In this document: positions 7,530 to 13,766 of the stretch, piece after piece
Layout of the letters: every line of letters begins with the position of its first letter
Position numbering within the stretch: position 1 is the first letter of the stretch
Assembly: GCF_009909145.1 (NCBI RefSeq)
Contig: NZ_JAAAPJ010000005.1
Coordinates: forward strand, 336,470 to 400,469
Source: Corallococcus silvisoli
GTDB lineage: Bacteria; Myxococcota; Myxococcia; Myxococcales; Myxococcaceae
Direction of reading: 5' to 3'
DNA: 64,000 nt
Program-made: the position numbers and the translations under genes
Notes under the pieces: generated by a model
Database searches by the model: none
The model's input: the letters and a program-made list of their open reading frames with translations, nothing else
What the model was told of the DNA's origin: nothing

Positions 7530-8516
7530 TCATCGGCGCTCGAACAGCTCGTAGAGCGCCTTGTCGGGGAGCGAGAGCGCGCGGTTGGCGATGCCAGGCG
7601 CCTTGGCGGCCCGGACGCCCCATGGATTCGGCGGGAGCAAGCCCTGGATGGAGACACCTCCTCTCACGCGGAACTGCCGGATGGAGCTCAGGTTGCGAAG
7701 GCGGCCCGCGGGGACGGCTCCAGAGAGCAGGAGCGCGCGGATCAGCGCATGCTCCACCGCCCTGCGAGCCTGTCGGGTGTTGGGCTGAATCGTCCCGAAC
7801 CAGACCGTGATGGGCTTGGGCAGCAGCCCCCCCTTCTGGGTGAGCCCCATCTGGTAGAGGCTCAGCAGGCGTCCTCGCCAGCGCCCCTGGAAGCTGTCCG
7901 TCTCGCCCACGTAGAGGGGAAGCCCCTCCTCCTCCACGACGTACAAGCCACCTCCGGCGGGAAGCGCGGAGAACGGGTGGCGATCAATCTTCCGCACCGA
8001 CCAGGAGAGGACCTTCGCGGTGACGGGGCCCCGCTGTGCCTCGAGCTCCTGCGACTCCGCGGGAGGGGGCCCGTCCTGCCCGGGCGGAGCGTCCGAGGGT
8101 TCCTCGGGAGGCGCCACATCCGGCGGCGGCTGCGCCGCGGCCACCGGCTCGACGCTGTCGGGAGGGGGCTCGTTCAGGGCCGGCTGGTAGAGCGGGTAGC
8201 CGTACGGCCCTCCGCCGTAGACCACCCAGGGGCGGCCCCTCGGCCACCGCCGCCCCGGCCTCGGCCCCTGCCCCTGCCCCTGCCCCTGCCCGGGGCTCCG
8301 CCACGCACGGGCCGGTCTCGAACCCGAACGCCAGACCTGCGCCCGGGGGACGCCCATCATCCCGCGTCCGACCCCGAACCGCCTCGCGCCGGGCTGGAGT
8401 GCACGAGCGCGGCGCGCAGGTGGCGCACGGAAGGACCGCGCGAAGTGGCCCTCCTCTTCGCCTTCCCACTCGGACTCCAACGCGTCTTCGCTCTCGTTCT
8501 CGTACCACTCATTCAT
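7530..8516 (-). CDS. Hypothetical protein: acidic head, Arg-rich/GQ-repeat segment, Pro-rich linker, GIY-YIG-like C-terminal domain (operon gene E)
   Basis: N-terminus MNEWYENESEDALESEWEGEEEG, followed by about 18 Arg with no acidic residues. The C-terminal half contains GLYVVEEEGLPLYVGETDSFQGRWRGRL...AVEHALI, resembling GIY-x8-YxG-R...E. Start overlaps the gene D stop (ATGAATGA). Confidence 0.75.
   Translation of the reverse strand: MNEWYENESEDALESEWEGEEEGHFARSFRAPPARRARALQPGARRFGVGRGMMGVPRAQVWRSGSRPARAWRSPGQGQGQGQGPRPGRRWPRGRPWVVYGGGPYGYPLYQPALNEPPPDSVEPVAAAQPPPDVAPPEEPSDAPPGQDGPPPAESQELEAQRGPVTAKVLSWSVRKIDRHPFSALPAGGGLYVVEEEGLPLYVGETDSFQGRWRGRLLSLYQMGLTQKGGLLPKPITVWFGTIQPNTRQARRAVEHALIRALLLSGAVPAGRLRNLSSIRQFRVRGGVSIQGLLPPNPWGVRAAKAPGIANRALSLPDKALYELFERR
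8265..8291 (-). repeat. Hexanucleotide tandem repeat (cccctg x4.5) encoding (GQ)4
   Basis: Read directly from the sequence. In frame within gene E. Confidence 0.9.
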
Positions 8517-9594
8517 GACGTGTCCTCCGCTGCTGCCTTCCGTCGACGGCTTCCACCAGCGCCTCCACTGCGTGAGTCAGCTCCTCCGCGCCGTGCCGCG
8601 CGGTGAGGATGAAGCTCACCGACACCTCCGGACCGCAGCGCGAGCGCTGGAGCACGGTCCGGATGCCACGCCGGTGCAGCCGCTCGTGGACCGCTCGCGG
8701 GTTCACCCCGCGAGGAAGCTGGATCCGCTGCACCGGGAACCGCCCGCCCACCGAGGCCAACCCCGACCGCCGCAGCCGCCCCCGGAAGTGCGCCACCCGC
8801 AGCGCCAGCGCCTCCCGGAGCGCGTCGCCTTTCCGGCGATTGATGGCCACCGCGTGCTCGGCGGCATGGAGATCCGCCACCGAAGGTGGACTGCAATGCA
8901 TCCGCGTCTCGCTGCGCTCCTCGTACCTGGCCACCACCCGCGCGCCGCCGGCCATCAGCGCCATCGGCACACCCAAGGCCTTCGCCATCGAGCCGCACCA
9001 CAGGACATCTGGCCCGTGGATGCCGTACCAGCGCAGCGAACCCCCTCCGCCGGCTCCGTATGGCAGGCCGGGCCCCGGCATGCCGAACACTCCCAAGGCT
9101 TGGGTGTCGTCCAGGATGAGCAGGCCCCCATGGGCCCGGACCACCTCCAGGTACGCGTCGAGCGGCGCCAGCGCGCCGCAGCCCGGACACCAACCGTCGC
9201 AGACCACCACCGGCCGGAGCCCCTGGCGCGGCGCCCGTGCCAGGAGCCTCGCCAGGGCCTCGGGCGAATGATGGGGAAAGCTCCTCACGGGTCCGCCGCG
9301 CGCCACCACCCGCTCGAACCCCCACCGCACCACCGGGTAGCTGCCTTCATCCCAGTAGAGGGCCACGGGGCGCCCCGCGAGCGCTCCGAACACGTCCCAG
9401 AACAGGTGCAGCGTGGAGCGGGCGAACAGCCCCCGCTCGCAGCCCACCAGCTCCGCCAGGGCGCGTGACGTCTCTTGCGTTCCGGGGGGCTCCTCGAGGA
9501 TGGCCGGAGTGCCCAGGGTGAGCCGCTCCCACGGCGCGAGCGATCCGCTGGAGTGCTCCAGGCCCAGGTAGAGCGCGGAGGTGAAGTCGAGCAC
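8509..9594 (-). CDS. 8-amino-7-oxononanoate synthase-like PLP-dependent acyltransferase, divergent active site (operon gene D)
   Basis: N-terminal LDFTSALYLGLEHS (compare DFxSNDYLGL). DDTQALGVFG stands where the family has DDAHGxG. Lys is retained in GSMAKALG. GTG start with GGGGGA 9 nt upstream. Confidence 0.8.
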   Translation of the reverse strand: MLDFTSALYLGLEHSSGSLAPWERLTLGTPAILEEPPGTQETSRALAELVGCERGLFARSTLHLFWDVFGALAGRPVALYWDEGSYPVVRWGFERVVARGGPVRSFPHHSPEALARLLARAPRQGLRPVVVCDGWCPGCGALAPLDAYLEVVRAHGGLLILDDTQALGVFGMPGPGLPYGAGGGGSLRWYGIHGPDVLWCGSMAKALGVPMALMAGGARVVARYEERSETRMHCSPPSVADLHAAEHAVAINRRKGDALREALALRVAHFRGRLRRSGLASVGGRFPVQRIQLPRGVNPRAVHERLHRRGIRTVLQRSRCGPEVSVSFILTARHGAEELTHAVEALVEAVDGRQQRRTRHE

Positions 9595-9609
9595 CGGCGC
9601 CGTCCCCCG

Positions 9610-11466
9610 TCACCGCCTCCGCTGCAGGGCCAGCCGGTTGCGCAGGTGCACCGAGGGGGACACGTAGCGCTCCGCCAGGCGCTGCTGGTCGGTGATGTCG
9701 ACCGCGAGGTCCACGCCGGTGACGGCCCGGTACGCGTGGATGTAGCCCTGGATCTCCGGCCGCCAGTAGCGCGCCCAGTTGGCGGCCTGGTTCGGGTCGT
9801 TCGTGATGCTCCACGCGCCGTAGCGCACGGCCAGGAGCACCTGCTCGCCGTAGACGGCGAGGTCGTGGAAGTGCACCACGCTGACGTCCGTCCACCCCAG
9901 GAGCGACTTCATCGCATCCACCCGGTCCATCCACGGCTCCGGGTAGGGCACCATCACCCGCCCGCCGAGGAACTCGCGCATCTCCGGGCGCGACAGCAGC
10001 CACTGCTGCATCAGCATCTCCTGGCGCGCGGTGGAGGGCATGTCTCCGAACTGGTTATGGGCCCCCTGCGCCAGCAGGTAGTGCGTCTCCTTGAGCGAGT
10101 TGAGCACCGGGAAGCCGTCCGACACCACGGTGGTGTCATCGTCCTGCCGGAAGAACTGCACGCATTGGTGGAGCAGGTTGTGGAAGGACTCGAGGAACTT
10201 CGAGCGCCGATCCGCGGTGCGCATCCCGGACACGGCCTTGCCGTGCAGCGTGAAGCCATATTCGTGGTCGTACTCGTGGGCGCGGCGCACGACGCTCAGC
10301 CGGTGCTGCTCGTCCTGGAGGTAGCCCCACAACACGTTGTTGAGGGGCCGCAGCGGATCGATCTCCATGTTCGCCAGCGGATCCCGGTCCCCGGGCCCGC
10401 GCACGTTCTGGAAGCGATTGCTGATGTAGTTCATCGCCTGGACCAGCATTCCCTCCTCGTGCCAGTAGTTCCAGATGAGCTCCAGGAAGGTGGGGTAGCC
10501 CAGCTTCTGCTGGAGGATGCCGTAGCAAGCGGCGTAGTCGTCCTCCGGAATGTTCCGAGGCGCGATGACCGGCACGTCGGGGAGCTTGTTGCGGATGATC
10601 GCCAGGTAGGGGAGCGCGACATCGGCGCTTCCGTTCACATCCTCCAGGTAGTGCTTCCACACGACCTCGAAGTCGAAATCGCGAGGAAGCGTCTGGCCGA
10701 GGCGACCGCCCTCCACGCGCGCGTCCAGCTTGTCCAGCAGCTCCGTGAAGTCCACCAGCACGCCCGTGCGCTCCAGCATGAAGGCCTCGGTCAGGGCCTT
10801 CAGCTTCCGGTAGGCATCCACGCCAGGGAATGGCAGCCGGAGCTTGGGCTTGCGGATCGGGGTCGGCCTGCCCGGGCCCGGCAGGCCCGTGCCCGGGTCC
10901 GTCATGTGGTCGGGCGGGCAGAGGTGTGCGTCGATGAACCGGCTGTATTGATCGAAGGAGAGCCAATCGGTGGTCTTGCGGATGACCATCCAGAGGATGA
11001 CGTCGGTCGTCAGCGGATGAAGGGTGCGCTGCAGCGCCACGGGGAGGACAGGCATGCGTCCAGCCGCGCCGAAGGAGTTGAGCTCGTTGAGCGCTTCGCG
11101 CACCACCTCCCGGACGTTCCTGTCGCCCTCTCCCGGGAGGAGGGTCAGCGACTGTTCGGCTTCCCAGGTGAACGCGGGCCTGGTGGAGCCCGCCCCTTCG
11201 AACTCCTCGAGGATGACCTTGGCCTTGAGGACGCCCGCGCGCCTCGAGCTGGGAATCGTCCAGGTCGCGTGGCCATTGAGCTCCTGCCTGTCCGCGCTGG
11301 ACTTGGAGACCGGGGGTTCGACGCTGCCGGCCTCCACGGACCATCTGTAGACCCGATGCGTGAGCTTCGGGTTCACGTGGACGGGGGACGCCGACAGTTC
11401 GACGGTGGCACCCGAAGCGCTCGAGGTGACGGTGGTGGGTGAGAGAGTGAGTGTGACGCCAGCCAT
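9610..11466 (-). CDS. Large hypothetical protein, 618 aa, no recognisable domain (operon gene C)
   Basis: High GC3. ATG 11466 is preceded by GGAGGA (the track ORF starts at TTG 11481). N-terminal ~110 aa is beta-rich, followed by a long helical region (FLELIWNYWHEEGMLVQAMNYISNRF, HEYDHEYGF). Confidence 0.8.
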   Translation of the reverse strand: MAGVTLTLSPTTVTSSASGATVELSASPVHVNPKLTHRVYRWSVEAGSVEPPVSKSSADRQELNGHATWTIPSSRRAGVLKAKVILEEFEGAGSTRPAFTWEAEQSLTLLPGEGDRNVREVVREALNELNSFGAAGRMPVLPVALQRTLHPLTTDVILWMVIRKTTDWLSFDQYSRFIDAHLCPPDHMTDPGTGLPGPGRPTPIRKPKLRLPFPGVDAYRKLKALTEAFMLERTGVLVDFTELLDKLDARVEGGRLGQTLPRDFDFEVVWKHYLEDVNGSADVALPYLAIIRNKLPDVPVIAPRNIPEDDYAACYGILQQKLGYPTFLELIWNYWHEEGMLVQAMNYISNRFQNVRGPGDRDPLANMEIDPLRPLNNVLWGYLQDEQHRLSVVRRAHEYDHEYGFTLHGKAVSGMRTADRRSKFLESFHNLLHQCVQFFRQDDDTTVVSDGFPVLNSLKETHYLLAQGAHNQFGDMPSTARQEMLMQQWLLSRPEMREFLGGRVMVPYPEPWMDRVDAMKSLLGWTDVSVVHFHDLAVYGEQVLLAVRYGAWSITNDPNQAANWARYWRPEIQGYIHAYRAVTGVDLAVDITDQQRLAERYVSPSVHLRNRLALQRRR

Positions 11467-11483
11467 GATTCCATCCTCCAACG

Positions 11484-12827
11484 CTAGGTGACGACGTTCC
11501 GCGGCAACGCGGGAGCCCGGAGCACCGACGCCAGGGTCCGCGACTTCGAGAGTGACGCGCAGGTCTCGGACGCATCGAGCGTGCTGCGCAGGGCCCAGTA
11601 CTTGAGGAGCTCGGCCAGGGCCTTGCTCTCCTCCTCGGGAGTGATGGCCCCGTCGGCCCTGGCCTGCCCGATGACGGCGAACACCAGCGAGGGCGGCGAC
11701 TCACGAATGCGGGAGCGCCGGGCGCGCCACTCCCGGTACAGCTCGGAGAGCCGGTCTGGCTGACGCTCCCGCGTCTTCATGACCTCCACCAGCGTGCGTC
11801 CACGAAGGGACTCCGGCCGGTGCTCCACCAGGAGCCGCGCGATGCGCGGCAGGCTCGCCTCGAGCGCGCCGAGCACCCGGCGGTGCTGCTCGGACAGTCC
11901 GTCGATGGGGTAGAACGCCTTCCACAGTCGCGCCAGCCGCGCCCACTGCGGATGCGGATACAGCAGTCCGCCCAGCGCGCTGCTCAGCTTGACGCGGATC
12001 CACGGGATGGGATGGGGGTCGTCCATGTTCAGCCGGAACACGAACGGCCGCGGCAGGCTCACCACCCCCATCAGCCCCACCGTGGCGGTCACCCCCACGC
12101 GAGCCACCGACCAGAAATCCGCGACGACCTCCGAGATCCACCGCTCCCACAGGCCCCAGACCAGCGCGTCCTCGGGCCCTTCACGCGGCACGTCGCGCAG
12201 GGCCACGCGGAGCGAGGCCACCAGGTCCAGCAGCGCCGCCCCCTGGTGCCCCACCTCGTGGAAGAGGGAGGACGCGAGGCTGCTGCCGATCATCCGCTCG
12301 CGGGGGACGCGGATGATGGCCACCGGGTTCGCCCCGCCGCCGGGCAGACGCGTGCGCGCCCGGCGGATGGCCGCTCCGGGGCCGCGAGCCAGGTAGCAGA
12401 TGACGGGCGGCGCCTCGTAGTACCCCGGCAGCTCCAGCGCGTTCTTGGAGAGCACGTCCAGCCCCGCCAGCCAGACGCCGTTGTCCGCCTCGCTGCGCTG
12501 GCTCATGGCCTCGCTGAAGATGTCGAACTGCGACAGCACCACGTTGAAGCGCAGCCGCAGGAAGGTGAAGCGCCGCTGCGCCTCGGCGGGGGCCGCGTGT
12601 CGGCCCCAGGGGCCCTCCAACCACGCGAGGTACTGGTGGATCTGCGTCCGTAGCTCACGGCGCCCCTTGACCAGGTAGCTCTCCAACGCCGCCTGCGCTT
12701 CGACGGAGAGCGTGGCCGCTGGGACCATCGTCTCCGACATGGCGAAGGACTTGATGCGCTCGAGCCGGGTGAGCAGCGCGCGGGCCTCCTGTGACAGCAT
12801 CCAGGAGGCGAAGGAGCCGGAGGACAT
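11484..12827 (-). CDS. Hypothetical protein with a single HExxH zinc-metalloprotease motif (operon gene B)
   Basis: SLFHEVGHQGAALLDL is the only recognisable motif. Starts 6 nt after the gene A stop. Confidence 0.75.
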   Translation of the reverse strand: MSSGSFASWMLSQEARALLTRLERIKSFAMSETMVPAATLSVEAQAALESYLVKGRRELRTQIHQYLAWLEGPWGRHAAPAEAQRRFTFLRLRFNVVLSQFDIFSEAMSQRSEADNGVWLAGLDVLSKNALELPGYYEAPPVICYLARGPGAAIRRARTRLPGGGANPVAIIRVPRERMIGSSLASSLFHEVGHQGAALLDLVASLRVALRDVPREGPEDALVWGLWERWISEVVADFWSVARVGVTATVGLMGVVSLPRPFVFRLNMDDPHPIPWIRVKLSSALGGLLYPHPQWARLARLWKAFYPIDGLSEQHRRVLGALEASLPRIARLLVEHRPESLRGRTLVEVMKTRERQPDRLSELYREWRARRSRIRESPPSLVFAVIGQARADGAITPEEESKALAELLKYWALRSTLDASETCASLSKSRTLASVLRAPALPRNVVT

Positions 12828-12833
12828 GGTGGC

Positions 12834-13463
12834 TCAGACCCCGTAGAGGATGATCTTGTTGCCCTTGCGCACCCAGCGGCCACTGCGGCCACCGGTGCCC
12901 GCGGCGTGCGGCATCTGGGCGGCGAAGCCAGGGGCGAACTTCTGGATGGCCTGGTGGACGGCGGCGCCAGCCACCTGCTGGGGCGAAGCATTGTCGGGCG
13001 AGTTGAGGGCCGTCTTGGAGGCGTCCGAGGCGAGTCGGACAATCTGCCGGGCCACCTCGAACTCGCGGTCCTCCTGGCTCAGGCCCTCCAGTTCGAGCCC
13101 GAACGCCTGGCCCGCCATGGAGGCCAGCTTGCCACCGACGGCGCCGCCCACGCCGGGGACCACGAGGTTGCCGAGCGCGCTGCCCACCATCGGCAGGGCC
13201 TGCCTGGCCAGTCCCTTGAGCATGCCCCCGAGCTGCTTGCCCAGCGGAGACTTCACGACCTTGCCGACGGCGCTGCCCACCTTCTTGATGATGTTGCCGA
13301 GGAACTGATCCAGCTCCTGCTCGTTGCTGACCTCCAGCAGCTCCGAGGCGAGCTCGTTCAGCTCGTTCTCGTTGAAGACCTCGCCCCACTCCGACTCGGC
13401 GTTGAACTCGAACTCGAACGACTCCCCCTCCAGTTCCTGGTAGGTGCGATCCACGTCATGCAT
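12834..13463 (-). CDS. 209-aa protein with an acidic head and a cationic Gly/Lys-rich core (operon gene A)
   Basis: ATG 13463 preceded by GAGGAA. The track ORF 12834-13712 is trimmed because its upstream part is Arg/Pro/Ala-rich junk. Residues 1-54 carry 15 Glu, 3 Asp and 1 Arg. Residues 55-122 carry 7 Lys, 1 Arg, 16 Gly and no acidic residues. C-terminus is GRWVRKGNKIILYGV. Confidence 0.8.
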   Translation of the reverse strand: MHDVDRTYQELEGESFEFEFNAESEWGEVFNENELNELASELLEVSNEQELDQFLGNIIKKVGSAVGKVVKSPLGKQLGGMLKGLARQALPMVGSALGNLVVPGVGGAVGGKLASMAGQAFGLELEGLSQEDREFEVARQIVRLASDASKTALNSPDNASPQQVAGAAVHQAIQKFAPGFAAQMPHAAGTGGRSGRWVRKGNKIILYGV

Positions 13464-13520
13464 GGTCAGTTCCTCGTGTGATGGGGCCGGCTTCGTGGCC
13501 GCGGGTTCGGACCGGGCATA

Positions 13521-13536
13521 AGCAGCGGCTGTGCCA
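13521..13536 (-). promoter_or_regulatory. Sigma-54 (-24/-12) promoter candidate for the six-gene operon
   Basis: Minus strand reads TGGCACAGCCGCTGCT against the consensus TGGCACG-N4-TTGCW. GG and GC have correct spacing. The -12 element is about 58 nt upstream of ATG 13463. No other correctly placed TGGCAC/GC pair was found in the window. Confidence 0.6.
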
Positions 13537-13581
13537 ACCCCGCCGAGGGTCGCTCCTGCTCTGGGAGTCAGGGCGCGGGAG

Positions 13582-13639
13582 CGAAGCGCGCTTCGGCGGC
13601 GCCGGCCGAACGGGAGATTCGGCGAAGCAGGCTTCGGCG
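13582..13639. promoter_or_regulatory. Candidate upstream activator sites: perfect palindrome plus TTCGGCG repeats
   Basis: CGAAGCGCGCTTCG (13582-13595) is a perfect 14-bp palindrome. TTCGGCG occurs at 13592, 13618 and 13633, with an inverted GCCGAA at 13605. The sites lie about 45-105 bp upstream of the -24 element. Confidence 0.3.
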
Positions 13640-13766
13640 CCCCGTCATGGCCCCGTGGGCTCCGGGCGAGTCCCCCCCCTGGCGAGGGCATTCGTCCCCT
13701 CGCCGTCGCCATTCGCGGGGCCGTCGGCTAGCGTTCGGCCCTCTCCGCGGAACAAGAGGGGGGCCC

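Noticed and set aside
9475-11442. 655-aa plus-strand ORF antisense to operon gene C. The same reasoning covers 6209-7810, 7461-8606, 8515-9468 and 11820-12653.
   Set aside because: These are antisense or alternate frames of the tightly packed minus-strand operon. They have no motifs, compositions rich in R/H/G/A/P, and no sensible start or RBS context.
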